64,000 bases of DNA from Podarcis muralis (lineage: Eukaryota). The DNA is taken from the NCBI RefSeq assembly GCF_964188315.1, contig NC_135657.1, positions 76,570,001 to 76,634,000 of the forward strand, given 5' to 3'. Shown here piece after piece: positions 35,311 to 48,300 of this stretch (positions within the stretch are counted from its first letter, which is position 1; each line of letters opens with the position of its first letter). The position numbers and the translations under genes are program-made. The notes below the pieces were generated by a model. The model was not told where the DNA came from. It worked only from the letters and a program-made list of their open reading frames with translations, and did not search any database.

Positions 35311-36919
35311 CCAAAGCCATTGGGCTAAGGAAACTACTGTATTGGATACTGCCTGTTTTCTATGCAATGTAAGAGGGAATATTGGGTTTTTATTGTTGAT
35401 TTACTTTCTTTACTTCCTGTAGCAATTAATTTTATAGAAGCTGGTGTTAAAAACAACTCATCAGTTAATTAATGGTTTTTCCATTATCAGTATTTATAGC
35501 ATACATGACATACCAATTTATTAAATAATTTGGCTTGGATCCAGGGCCTTTGATGCAGTGATGGCTCCCACTGATGAAAGTAGGAGGGGTGATTTTCACA
35601 GAATCCTCTTCCTAAAACCTTCCATGCCCTCCCCAATGCTGTTTCAGAGGGTCCCAACCCTCTGGAAGGAATTCACAGTATGTGTATATGAGTGTCTGCG
35701 TGTTTATAGAAAGGGCGACAGAGAGAAGCAGTATTGTCCTATATATTTAAAATCAGACTATAACCAAGTGGATTAAAATTAAGTTTGTGAAACAAATCAA
35801 GGACCTACTCCAAAAGAAGAGTCAAACCTAAAATGCAATAATTTTGTGTAGTGCAGAGAATACTAACAATCCCTAATGTAGCCAACCGTTCTATACACTT
35901 CATCTTAGCATAAAGAAAGTCAAACAAAGCAGCTATAGTTATGGTTTCATAATGGCTTCATTCAGCATTTCTCAATTCGCCGGGGACTTCACCTAACCTA
36001 TTTAACACAAACACTTAATGTAATTTAAAACCGCATTGTATTGATAGCCTACATGCTATTCTTCTTGACCTGAGGACTCTCAGCTTCAAGCTGCCTGTTT
36101 TTCTGTCAATTAAAGTTTCCCAGGGCCTCCCTGGCAGCCTGACTTGGCTATTATGTGTTCAGTGTACTGTGGAGGAGGTGAGTGAAAAGTTATTAAATAT
36201 GTGTATGTACAGAACCTATATATTTTGCTAGCTAGACAGTGGTGCAATTGCACTGTTTAATAAGTTCATTTGTTGCTTGTCCCTCTCTGGTTTTTCACAA
36301 GCTCCTGTTTCAGCCTCCCACGCATGATTAACTGCTTCTTCTGCCATCCCAAATTCAAGGTTAACCTAAGGTCTCCTTCAGGTCGATGGACCATGTAATA
36401 GAAATCACACTGGAAGGACTATGTCACGAGAACTTCAGAAGCATTGGGGGTGGGGCAACTGCTCATTCTTCTCCATTCTTCTATTTTGGTGGTGGTGTTA
36501 TAATAAACCATCAGATTTCAGGGGGGTGTAACATTGAAAAAATATGCTGTGCTAATAGTGCAATCCTAGTTGTGTCTACTCAGAAGTGAGTCCATTGGAG
36601 CTACAGGCTTGCACTCTAAAAAGCTGCTGGGGCACAGCCCTCCTAAAGACAGAAAAAGCCCTTGCAAAACCTCAAAGCCACACACTCAGGAGGCGGAGGA
36701 GGCCAAGCTCAGAGCCAAGTATGACACAGCTTCGGTGTTTGGTTCCTCCACCTCCTGTTATGAAGGAATGGGTTTCTGTGCAGTCAGTTTGAAACTGACC
36801 CAAAATCCCATTTTTTCCTCCTCCAAGGGAGCATTTCTAAAATTCTCTAACTTGAGCTCTTGAGCCAAAACCCAGCTGTATAAACAAGTGCTCAAAGCAC
36901 TCTCCTTTATCAGTCCGTG

Positions 36920-37410
36920 ATGGCAACGGATGGCCTTGGCTGTTCCAGTGGAGCAGGGATGGCACTCTGTCTATCTTATCTTACACACTCTGAAGCACAG
37001 ACTTAGTCCGGGAACAGCGCCAGGAGTTGGTGACCTCTTGCTCCAAGATAAGAGTATAGGAACAGGAATAGGAACAACCTTTTATGGTGAAAAGTACAGG
37101 AAGAGGAAAACCCTTTTATGGTTAAGAGTAAGGAGCAGGAACATCTGTGATGTCAACTTGCGTGTATAAGCTGACGTGGCTGGATTCCTGGGGAAGGGGG
37201 GAGAGGGTGCCTGGAGGATATATATACTGCATGAAATTTCTCTTTTCTTTGGACTTGCTGTGGTCTGACCACACAAGTGCTTTCTGCTATCCGGAGAGCA
37301 GAATAAACTCTTTCTCTGAATCAACCTTGGTGTCATTTGACTTCCTTCCTCCCTCCTGGGAGCAACACAGACCCCACCAGTCGGTAAAGTCTAATAAGGC
37401 TACAGTTACA
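36920..37410 (+). mobile_element. Probable ERV/LTR relic, 5' boundary unresolved
   Basis: U3-like ~34-bp tandem repeats at 37050-37145, TATATATA at 37219, AATAAA at 37302, 3' end in ...CTACA or ...GTTACA. No TSD found. Confidence 0.5.
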
Positions 37411-40211
37411 GAGAGGAAGAAGGGGGTAAGCAGCCCCCAGCTGGTGGCTGTAGCAGGAGGAGAAGGGTGCCAAGCATGAGAGAGGAGGAACTGCCAGCCA
37501 CTGAAGCCGCATTGCTGCCATATTTAGCTCTGCCCTGGCTCCTCCCGACATCCCAACATCACGTGTGCAATGTCCCGTCATGCATGTGTCATTGCCTCCC
37601 CAGTCTTCTGCGCATGTTGGTGCCTGCAATCTGTGTGTGTGTCTGGCTGATACTGTGATAACAGGTTGCTGGAATGAATGGCCTCTTGGCCTGATCCAGG
37701 GGGATCTTCTACTGTGGCTATTAGACAAGGTGCTGATTAAACAAAGGATGCCTGTTGCAAAATCACGTTGTTATCTACAAAGTTCCTAATTGGTGAAGCA
37801 GATGTATTCTGTGCATGCTCATGATATTTATTTCTGAGACTCAGCCGTTCCTAATCATGTTTCCTCTGCTCAAATCAGTGAGAGGAGGCTGCGGTTCGAG
37901 AGAATGAGTTGGCGGTGCTAATAGTTAAACCCCTTAGGCTCTATCACACTTTGGGTAGAAAATTACCTGCACATTTTCCTTTTCAGTAAGCTAGTAGGCA
38001 AGAGCCTCCTTGCTTTCCTATTATTAGAGCCAACTGAGTCCTCCTTGCTGGTTCTCAAAACTTAAGCAAAAGTTAGGTTGCAACTTTAAGCACACTTACA
38101 AGGGACTAAAACCCACTGAACACAGTGCAACTTTCTTCTGAGTAGACATGGAAAGGATTGCACTGTCAGCTGATGGAGCTCATCTGTGTTGCTATGGGAA
38201 CTATTTCCATGAGCTTCTGCAAGCATCCTCAATTCACTGTGTCCCACCAGTGATCAGCTGTCTGATCAGTTACTCCAACATGGTAATACTTGCAATCCCA
38301 CATCAGTTGTATTTCCCCCAGTACATTCTTTAAATTATACAAAACATACCGCTTCTTTGTTCTGTTCATATAATACTGTAGTTTCTTTTTCACTGTTTTG
38401 ACATCTCCCCCGCCCCCAAATAAATGGACATACAGTTGTGCCCCAAAATGATTAAAGGGGGAAAAAGGAACATCTAGAAGAGCCTATATCTGGTTATTGC
38501 TTAGAGCAATACATTATTAATAGGTAATGCAAATATGATATGCATTAATAAGTAATCTGTTGTTCAAGCTGCAAGGTACAAGTCTGAAAAATAGAGATTT
38601 AACAAGAGCTTATCTAGCTATGGGGTTTCACATATTCCAATTATTCTTCTGAAATAATCTGAGCCATAGACAAGAAACCTGGTTTGTTTTCTCTTCCCCC
38701 AAACAATATGCTTGCATTTTGCCTTTGAATTTGAATATCAAACTCAAAGCTCACTTCTTATTAAGATAAATTTGTAAGTTTCTAATAATTGGAATAAAAT
38801 ATTTTTGACTGCTGTTATCTAAATCCTTAGCATGCATATTATTAACTGGCCCCCTTAAATGAACTGAAAAAACATTTAAACACTTACATATATATATATA
38901 TATAAAAGCAGCAGCATCCTCTATCATTTATCACTTATGAGCAACATGTCTTGCTTGCATTCTCTTATTATTTTGACAAGATTTGCTTTAAGGCCATTTC
39001 TTTTCTTTCATTCAGAGACCAAGAGAGAAGCCTTTGAAGTTCAGCCTATGCAACTTCAACAGGTCAGACAGCAAAACACACAACCACCGATATTGAATTC
39101 CACTTTGTTTCAAGGGCAGTGAATCAAGAGGGTTTGTTAGGAATTATTTTTCTGGTTAGCACAGAAAACTCTTTTTATCTGAACCAGTTTCTGCTTGGCT
39201 ATTAGTGAACTTTTCCAGCTGCTGATGGAAGAATACTAGGAGTTCAAACCTGGTTCACTGGCGCAGGTCACCCGAGGCAGGCCACAGGAGAGGAGCCAAA
39301 CAGGATTTGCCCTTAACATCCCTAAGCAGCTTGAGCCTACAAGAAAGAGAGAGCAAGCCCAGCTGGCACATTCACTCAGAGGGAATATGCATTTCAGTTG
39401 CATTTTCTTTTTTAATGTAAAAATAAAAAATAATGTGGAGGTAAAAGGGAAATATTTTCTTAGGCATTCCAGAAACTTGATTAATGTTGCTTCGTTAAGA
39501 ATCTCATTAGGTGAAAAAAGAAGTAATAATTTGCACCTCTTTGAGTACAGTCGTGTAGGTCATTTCTTTCGCACTTTTCCAGTTTACTCTCATTTTTATT
39601 TCATACTTGGGGAATTAGTTTGACAAGGTGAGCTTTCTGTAACTTACAGAAGGTCTTTCTCCTTGCCGCAAATAACTCTATTGATTCATGAACATAAGAG
39701 CACATCTCTCCGGATTTGGAACGCATGTATTGCATATAGCCCTGATTTGGAAGAATGCTTGTGTAAGACTCAGGCAAGTCTTTAGTGGGGCTGGGAGCGT
39801 AGGTGGGCTAATCCATTGGCATCTGGGCTTATGCTTTGGTTCCTATGTGGACTTCCAGTTTATTTCATAGAATTCTAAAAGTATTTGGACCTGTTGATTT
39901 CAAATATTTTAAAAGATGTTCTAAAAATCCTGTTATTGTTAGCAATTCCAGAGCCTTTTTTACATCCAGAATGTGTCTACTTAAACAGATGGACTGTGCA
40001 CTCAACCGCAACAACAACAGGAACATGACACTTGAAAGCGAGTAACACTAACCTAGTAGGTGAATCACCTCTAGGTGTTTAATTCAACAATATAGTTTAG
40101 GAACAGTGTGGTTTTTCTGATAAATTTGATAAATTTAAGAATATCTTGAAATGAAATTGGTACAGATTGCCTCTGTACCTATTTTTAATAGTGAAAATAC
40201 TGAGAGATCTA

Positions 40212-40317
40212 GTGTAGTGTAGTCATAGCAGTTGGTGTGTCATTCTTAACCTGGGGAACCCAGGATTCAGTCATTGCTTAGCCATTAAGTTTACTGTGTG
40301 GTATTCAACAAAGTCAA
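40212..40317 (+). mobile_element. Old Squam3/MIR-type SINE head, followed directly by the MITE at 40320
   Basis: TAGTGTAGTGTAGTCATAG...CCTGGGGAACCCAGGATTCAG...AGCCATTAAGTTTACTG aligns loosely to the reverse of 44640-44757. Confidence 0.45.
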
Positions 40318-40319
40318 TA

Positions 40320-40518
40320 CAGTGGTACCTCGAGTTACATACGCTTCAGGTTACATACGCTTCAGGTTACAGACTCCGCTAAGAACAGAAATTGTGCTAT
40401 GGTGGTGCGGCTGCAGCAGGAGGCCCCATTAGCTAAAGTGGTGCTTCAGGTTAAGAACAGTTTCAGGTTAAGAACGGACCTCCGGAACGAATTAAGTACT
40501 TAACCCGAGGTACCACTG
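40320..40518 (-). mobile_element. Tigger-like MITE, 199 bp, same family as 29307, opposite orientation
   Basis: TIR CAGTGGTACCTCG...CGAGGTACCACTG, TA TSD; lacks 43 bp relative to 29307-29548. Confidence 0.93.
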
Positions 40519-42512
40519 TATAGCCCTATTCAGACATTGCAAAAAACACTTAAAGGGATGAAGAGAGCATAGGGATACACACATACAATGTCCCCAACCT
40601 TGACCTAGCATCTCCACATTAAGTCCCCAAAGGGGGATTCAAAACATATTGTCTGAATGCAGAGGCGCAATCATGTTCTCGAAATGATTGAAGGGCCCTG
40701 ATGTCAGGATGAAGGACATCCTGACATCACACACACAACATCGTGAGGAGCCATGAGGTGGAGCCAAGCATCCTCTGAACCTTCAGGGGGCCTAGCCTCC
40801 TCAAAAAAAATGGGGCGGGGGGCACGAAAGTGCCTTGGCTCCTTGCAGCCAGTGCCTATGTTTGAATGCACCTAGAAGCAGTGCTTTTTTCTGGGGGTAC
40901 TTAAGGGTAGGCAGTACCGCTACCTTCCCCCCCCCCCCAGAAGAAAAACACTGCCTAGAAGCCATTGAGAACTCTGTTTGCAGATGGTTCCTGACTACAA
41001 CTGAGAACTCTAAGCACGTTCAGCTGAATACAATTAGGCAGCAAAGAATGTGACATTGGTGGCAGGACCTGCACATATGCTCCCATGCCCTCCTCCCACT
41101 TGGTTCTTGCGGTTGTTCTTTAAATGCCTGAATCCAATTTATAACTTAGCATAATTTGCTTCATAGTGAGGTGGGGAGGTAACACAGCTTAGGGAAGCAG
41201 AATATTCCTAGTTGAATCTCTGGCATCTTCAGGTAAAAACGATCTAAGTTGCATGGATGGGAAAGACCCCTTTGTGGGAGCCCCAAGCCCCAACTGCACT
41301 ATACATTTAAAGCATCATCATACTTTAAGCAGCCATGGCTTCTCTCAAAGAATCTTGAGGAGTGAGGGTGGTGAGAGTTGCCAGGAGGTGCCAATTCCTT
41401 CCCAGACGTAAAGTTCCCAAAGTGGTTTAACATTCAATCCCTCTTCCCAAGAAACTCTGGGAATTATAGTTCTAGTTCTGAATTAGTAAAGAAGCCTAAT
41501 AGAGTTCACAAAGATTCACTCCACTTCATATTTAAGGGCATTCATCTATAGCAAAATGTGGGTCAAATAAGCTTCTTGGACTAGCAAAATTAGAACACAT
41601 CTTAGTTTATTTTGTGCTAAATTTAACAGTGAGTACAGACAATTCAGTCTCTCTCTTTCTATAACACACACATAACTTCTCTTCATTTGGCAAGTGTCTT
41701 CAGGGTCATTCTTTAACATTATAGTGACCACACAGAAGTCAAATATAGGGAAATTGTTCCACATGGCAGTAGCTCCATGCAGAGGTTGTAAAGTGTGACA
41801 GTTGTTCACTGCATGCATTGCCCTTATGGCACAGAGAGGCTCCATGCCAGCACCAGCTGCCACTATGAATCAAACCTGATGAGTCCAGTTAGGCTCCAAA
41901 GGTATCTCAGACCATCTTTCAGAGTCTCAAAATATTTATTTTATTTATTCTAAAGATTTAGCCTGGGTCATTCCGTCAAATTGGTCTCCAAGGTAACTTT
42001 GAACGACTCATGATAAAGTGATAGAATGATACAGTACAAAGGCACTCCATCTGGCTATAGCAGAGGGAGGGAAGAGAAGAAGGACCACTCCATTGTCTCT
42101 AAAGAGAGACTACCAGGTTTTGACCATTTGCCGGGTTATTAGAAGACGTGTGTTGGCTAAGAACTAGTGCTGTGTTTGCTTTCCCCACTCCTCCCTCCAC
42201 ATCCCAATCCCTTTTGCCTCTATGTAAGCTGCACCCTTTTTGGCTGATGTGTAAGGACAAAATGCTTCAAATAAATACATAAAAACTCATCTCTTGGTAG
42301 TGCAGAAGCCAAGGGAGATGGATGGGTGGTGGTGGGGGGGGATGATGATGTTAAAGCCTCTCCCCCACCCTTCTGGAACTGTTGCTGCCTTTCCAGTGCC
42401 ACCAAGAAATAATATCCTTCGGACAGTGTGCTGCCATGTAATAGCACCTGAAATTACCTGGCAGCACACCTAGAAAGGTGATGCTTGCAGCCAAACAGGC
42501 CAAATAGAATGT

Positions 42513-43031
42513 TTCTTTTCTTTCTTTGGCGATCACTCGTAGTCGAGTAAGATTGTCTTCCATAAACATGGTTTTTAACAATGAGTCCATAAGTGACTGT
42601 GGAGGCCAATTCTGGACCCACACATCCTTCCACAATGGGGACATTGGTTTCTGGGAGGGAGTTGATCAAGGTGTGGATTTGCCAAGTGTGCCTTCCTCTT
42701 AGCATGTTTCTCCCTTGCATCCTGAGTTTGAGTGTCTTCAAAGCCCATGACACCTTTGGTAAAGGCTGTTCTCCAGTTGGAGCGCTCGCAGGCAAGTGTT
42801 TCCCAATTGTTGGTGTTCATACTACTTTTTTATAATTTGCCTTGAGACAGTCTTTAAACCTCTTTTGTTTACCACCAGCATTACGCTTTCTATTTTTAAG
42901 TTCGGAATAGAGTAGTTGCTTTGGAAGACGATCATCAGGCATCCACACAACATGACCAGTCCAACAAAGTTGATGTTGAAGAATCATTGCTTCAACACTG
43001 GTGATCTTCGCTTCATCCAGTATACTGGCAT
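42513..43031 (-). mobile_element. RTE-clade LINE (non-BovB), 5'-truncated and frameshifted
   Basis: ORF pieces QLCWTGHVVWMPDDRLPKQLLYSEL...GKQKRFKDCLK and WETLACERSNWR...CPHCGRMCGSRIGLHSHLWTH (C2H2-type finger); (AAAG)-like tail; flanking duplication 42471-42512 / 43032-43073. Confidence 0.93.
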
Positions 43032-43095
43032 TAGATAGGTGATGCTTGCAGCCAAACAGGCCAAACAGAATGTGGCTCCTACTTAGCTCATCTCT

Positions 43096-43292
43096 GGGGA
43101 AGGGCCATAGCAAAGTGGCACAGCACCCGCTTTGCATGGAGGAGGTTCCAGGTTCATTCTCCAGCATCTCCAGGTAGGGCTGGGAGAGAACCTAGCCTGA
43201 AACCCCATAGAAGCGCTGCCAGTCAATGTAAGGTGTTACTGCGCTAGATGGTCCAATAGTTTCACTCAGTATAAAGAAGTTTCCTGTGTTCC
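43096..43292 (+). mobile_element. Squam2-type SINE, full length
   Basis: tRNA-like head (GCCATAGC..AGTGG...TTTGCATG...CCAGGTTCA), CTCCAGGTAGGGCTGGGAGAG body, CR1-like tail GCTAGATGGTCCAAT...CTCAGTATAA...TTCCTGTGTTCC. Family name is from recall. Confidence 0.8.
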
Positions 43293-44457
43293 CATCTATG
43301 AGCTCCTAAAGTCTTGTGCTTGCCTCACTGCTTTCTCCCAGAAAACCCCATCTCTACCAAACATCCATTGGCTTTTCTCAGGATTGATGTGTGCTGCAAT
43401 TTATTGCTAAATAGAGGGTTTTCCTGGGGAAAGTGGCGAGGCAAGGACGAAACCACTCAGGCCCATGCCTAGAAAGTATGGGACAAAATGGAAAACAGTT
43501 TGGGACAGTTTTCTAGGTATGGGACAATTGCAAATCCAGATGAGCCCTATAACTCTCTGGTGTTTCTGCAACTGTTGTCCTTTCAAGGTCAGATATCCTT
43601 CACTCTGGAAAAATACTGTCAGGCAGCACCAGGAACAAATTCCTGGCTCACTTGTGTTGGGCTGCTGGCTGGCTGATTTTGTAATACAGAGACAAAAACA
43701 GTGCTTAAAGAGATAGAAAAAGCTCAGAGGCAAACCTATTTTTAGGGCCAAGGGTAATTACCCTGAAAACGACAGTAATTTCAAAATTTGTGTACGTTAA
43801 AACCATTCCTATGAGTTGTGGTTTATCAGTTCATGTGATCTATTCAAGGTAATTGTTGGCCTTGAACAAACTCCCCAACCTTGTGACTCAGTAGGATTTC
43901 ACTAGGCCTGAAAGGTATCATAGTGCTTCAAAGCTGCTGCCAGCCATTCTACGGGCTTCACAGGAACACAAACAATGAAGTTTTGGGCCCAGAGCTTTGA
44001 TCCTTGTCTGTCTTTGAAAGAAAACAAGCCAGCACAAGAAATGTGAGGCATCTTCCATCCAATTGGCTGATGGTCAAAACCCCTTTCAACATAAATATTG
44101 AGATTCTGGTATTTATGAGGCAGTGAGATTGTTTGCATTTGTCCCCCAGCAGCAGGAAGTAAGCCCATGGCAAGCTCGCACATCTGGAACACTCGCAATG
44201 GGCTGAACATGAAGGGACGTGTCATCCTGGAATAGTCATTGATGGTGAGGCAATGTCTGCAAACAGCTCCCAATAGGAATAATAAATCCACAGGGAATGG
44301 GAAAGAATCCTCTTTTATAAGAACATCCCACACATCTGCCACCCGGTCTGTTTGACTTTCTGTCGCTCCTGGACTATTTCCTGGCAGAGCTAGGAGAGAT
44401 GCTGTGAGTGAGAGCAAGGTAATAGAAATCTGTGACTATTCACTTTGGAGAAATGTT

Positions 44458-44528
44458 TAATAATAATAATAATAATAATTTATTATTTATACCCTGTCCA
44501 TCTAGCTAGGTTTCCCCAGCCACTCTTT
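44458..44528 (-). mobile_element. L2-type 3' tail with (AAT)n
   Basis: (AAT)n TTATTATTTATACCCTGTCCATCTAGCTAGGTTTCCCCAGCCACTCT is the reverse of the tail at 56790-56860. Confidence 0.7.
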
Positions 44529-44544
44529 ATTATTTATTGTATTC

Positions 44545-44757
44545 ATGTTCCACCTTTTTCCCCCCTCCAAGGAGCTCAAGGTGGCATGCATAGTTCTCTC
44601 ATTCCTCATTTAGCCCCCACAACAACCCTGTGAGTTAGTGAGTGAGTGTGAGTGACTGGCCCAAGGTCACCCAGTGAGCTTCATGGCCAAGTGAGGATTT
44701 GAACCCTGGTCTCTTGGGTCCTAGTCCAAGACTCTTATTACTTCGCCATTCTGGTTG
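44545..44757 (-). mobile_element. Squam3/MIR-derived SINE
   Basis: CACAACAACCCTGTGAG...GACTGGCCCAAGGTCACCCAGTGAGCTTCATGGCCAAGTGAGGATTTGAACCCTGGTCTC: CORE domain plus B-box. Confidence 0.85.
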
Positions 44758-45712
44758 CCTTCTAGGGACAGTATAGGGCAATATCAGTTTCTTCTCCTGG
44801 TACCCTTTTGATAGTAGCTGAGGAGTTTGTGCTGGGTACCTTGAAAGTTTGATTTATCAAAAAGGTAGTGTATGTAAATTTCATTGTTTTTCTTCTGTAG
44901 AATTGGAAGCAATTTTCAGGTGTGGTCAGCCTTCTGAGGGACTGAATCCTGCTGAAATTCAGATGGATATACCTGCAGTGGTTTTCCCACAAGGGCAGTC
45001 TTTGCAGTTTATTTTATAGTTATATCCCCCCTATTCTCCAAGGAGCTCAGTTCTGGGATGGGTAAAAAGGGAATTACTTAGTTCCGTATCCAATGCCCTC
45101 ATTCTGTTAGTCTACACTTGTGCAGTAAGACTTTTTCCCTCCTCCACTCACATGCACCTGCACCCTGCTCTGAAAGGTTGAAGGAATCCACAGAACAGAT
45201 TTAGTAGGTGCATGGGGAAGGAGAGGGGAAGAGTTCTGTTCTGCAAAGGTAAATCCTGCAAAGGTAAATGGAATGAGAGAGCTAACCACTATGTTGGATA
45301 CCTGCCTTAATCTCACCTAGTGTTCTGTGGGCAACAATTCTGAAAATCGTAGATATGGCCAGGTGGCCAGGTGGGTCAATGATTTTATTTTTTGCTAGGA
45401 ACCTTTCAAGTTGATTTGGAGAACTTAACAGGATTTGCTTCCCTCCCTGTGGTTTTGTGGGCAAAGATTTCATTTTGTAGAGGTGACCCTAGGAAAAATT
45501 CTAGCAAACAGCACAGAATGGACAAGAAAAAGGCAATACGTTACTGCAAAAAAACCTTCTCCAAAGCACGGTGATTGAGTCCTGGAAAAATATTTCCCTC
45601 TGATTAGAAGCTAGACCAGTCAGTAACAAAAAAAAAGCCCGCCTTCCTTCCATTCCCCCAGTTTATATGGCAGTCTTATGGAGAAATGTTTCAGTTTATC
45701 ACCCACATCATC

Positions 45713-45764
45713 TGTTGTTGTTGTTGTTGATGATTATGATGATGATGATGGTGATGATGATGAT
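45713..45764. repeat. (GTT)n(GAT)n trinucleotide repeat
   Basis: Read directly. Confidence 0.92.
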
Positions 45765-47396
45765 CACTACTTTGGTTCAAGATAACTCACAGTAGCCCCA
45801 AATCTGCCGGAAACAGCCCCACTTCAGCTCTTGATTAGGGTTTCGTCGAAACCTTTTGCATATCCCTATCATAAACCATCTGCATTTATCTGACATGGAG
45901 CATCCAGATAGCAGTCTGGCATGAATGAGGATGCAATTTAGGTTACCATTTGAGAACAGGTGGAAAATTCAGTAGTCCCATACTACACTGATTGACACTT
46001 GAGAAACACAGAGAGACAGAGAGATTGGGGAGTGGTGGTGAAGAGATTTATTTCCTATATCATAAACAAACAAATTCTTCCACCAAGGAAGATCTTATTC
46101 ACTTCACAGCTGGGACCAGTGCCGCACACATACTGTGTGCTGCTAAATACATAGCTGAGTGAATTGTTGGATCACAGCCAAGAACCTAAACTTATTTCTA
46201 GTCTGGAATCTCATTTGCAATAAAGGTGCTTTGAAAATGTGTCCAAGGGACTGGCACCAACAATAACTGGTTTCAAACAGAATAGGTGTCACAGTTCCAT
46301 CACCTATTCCACACTGCTTGACGCTAGCAAGCCCTTCCTTCCTTCTTCTTTGCCATATTTATCCTTTCATATCACCATTGTTCCAGCCAAGTTACTTAAA
46401 GCTAAGACCTGCTCTATTAAAATCTATGGAAGTTTTGTCATTGATGTCTACAGGGCGAGGACTGTATTATAAATCACTAGGGCAAGTACTCCATTACTTC
46501 TCTGATCTGTATGCCATATAGCAAAATGTTCAACTTAAAAATAAACCTGGAATAATATTAGTAGTAATTAGTAAGATCTCTTACTTGTATTGCCTTTTCT
46601 TCTCCCCCAGTGCTTCCTGTAAATCTTATTGGTTGATTAAGTACAACAGCCTGGGCATAAAACCAGTTCTTTTCTCAGTTGCATGTTAAGTTCCAACTTC
46701 CATTGATCGTTGGACTATATAAAATGTGCCCAATACCATTCAGGAAGCAACTGTGTGAGCTGACACGTAGAGGGCTGGACTGTATGAGGCATCTCTCGGA
46801 AAGGGTCAGGGCTTCATATGAAAAAGGTAACCACGAGTGGATTTAGTTGTCTGGGAACAGAATGAAGTTGTATTTGCAAACAGCACCTTGTGTATATAAA
46901 TCCCTTCTGCGGAGTTCTGCAATGCCTCCTCTACAATTACATCTCGACTCTGCATGCAGCTCCTGTGGTTGGTCAGTGACAAATGCCTTGGGCTCATAAA
47001 ATCAATGTGAAGATTCTGTTTTGCATAACTCTTCCTAATGAATGCTGGAACGTGAAAGGGAGTTGGAACAAGACACCAAACTAATAGTTAATTAGTACTT
47101 TCCAGGAGCCGTTTATCATTCCTTTCACGGAGCTGTTTCAAAAGATTTAAGGAGTCCTGGCAATAGGTTCTTTCCATTTACAATACACATGAAATGCATC
47201 TTATAACTGATGTAACGAAGCAATTGGGTAAAGTGATGCTCCCCATCCTGGTATGTGCTGCAAGTCAGATGTGTGCTATAACTAAATAGCTCAGTGCATA
47301 AAACTGATTTGTTATTTTGCCACTGTCCAGGGTGAGGGGTGTTCATGGGGTACATCAACACTTGTGTGTTCTGTTAGGTGCTATTATGCTTATATG

Positions 47397-47819
47397 ATGT
47401 ACGGAAGTGAGAGCTGGACCATAAAGAAGGCTGATCGCCGAAGAATTGATGCTTTTGAATTATGGTGCTGGAGGAGACTCTTGAGAGTCCCATGGACTGC
47501 AAGAAGATCAAACCTATCCATTTCTTAAGGAAATCAGCCCTGAGTGCTCACTGGAAGGACAGATTGTGAAGCTGAGGCTCCAATACTTTGGCCACCTCAT
47601 GAGAAGAGAAGATTCCCTGGAAAAGACCCTGATGTTGGGAAAGATGGAGGGCACAAGGAGAAGAGGACGACAGAGGATGAGATGGTTGGATAGTGTTCTC
47701 GAAGCTACCAGCATGAGTTTGACTAAATTGCGGGAGGCAGTGAAAGACAGAAATGCCTGGCGTGCTCTGGTCCATGGGGTCACGAAGAGTCGGACACGAC
47801 TGAACGACTAAACAACATC
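47397..47819 (+). mobile_element. BovB LINE 3' fragment (~420 bp) with ORF C-terminus
   Basis: KLRLQYFGHLMRREDSLEKTLMLGKMEGTRRRGRQRMRWLD...WRALVHGVTKSRTRLND is the BovB C-terminus; perfect 11-bp TSD ATGCTTATATG at 47386-47396 and 47820-47830. Confidence 0.97.
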
Positions 47820-48214
47820 ATGCTTATATGGGAAGAGGGTTGTTTTTTGTTTAGAGGGGGCAAGGTACAGCAAAGGGACCTTATCCCTCTTCTCACTGCA
47901 GGAAGCAATCTGTGTGACTTCTTCCCAGCTTCCATTTTCTCCATGTTCTTTTTTTGCTGGGAAAATTGGGTGAAAAAAGACTATATGAAACCTAGTGGCC
48001 CCATGTAGGAGACTTAGCCTTTTTCTCCTTCCCATCTGGTCTTGGTCAGAGATTAATGTACTCTTTGCATGGATCCTCACTGATGCACCTTTCTTAAAAT
48101 TCATTATGTTTTGTTTCTTAATATTCATTTGAAGTTGCTTAAAACAGAGTCTGAGAACTGGTCCATCTGTCTTAGTAGGGTACCCAGATTATCCACAGAG
48201 ATATTTCCTACCCT

Positions 48215-48300
48215 GCTATCTATCATCCTTTTAACTGGAGGTGCCAGGGCTTGAATCTAGGACCATCTGCATGCAAAAAAATGAGCTTTGATCTATGGCT
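48215..48300 (-). mobile_element. Squam2-type SINE head fragment
   Basis: CTGGAGGTGCCAGGGCTTGAATCTAGGACCATCTGCATGCAAA is the reverse of the head at 43120-43175. Confidence 0.6.

Noticed and set aside
43902-44417. 171-aa minus-strand ORF
   Set aside because: No recognisable domain, no convincing donor, and composition typical of non-coding translation; ORFs this long occur occasionally by chance in 64 kb x 6 frames.
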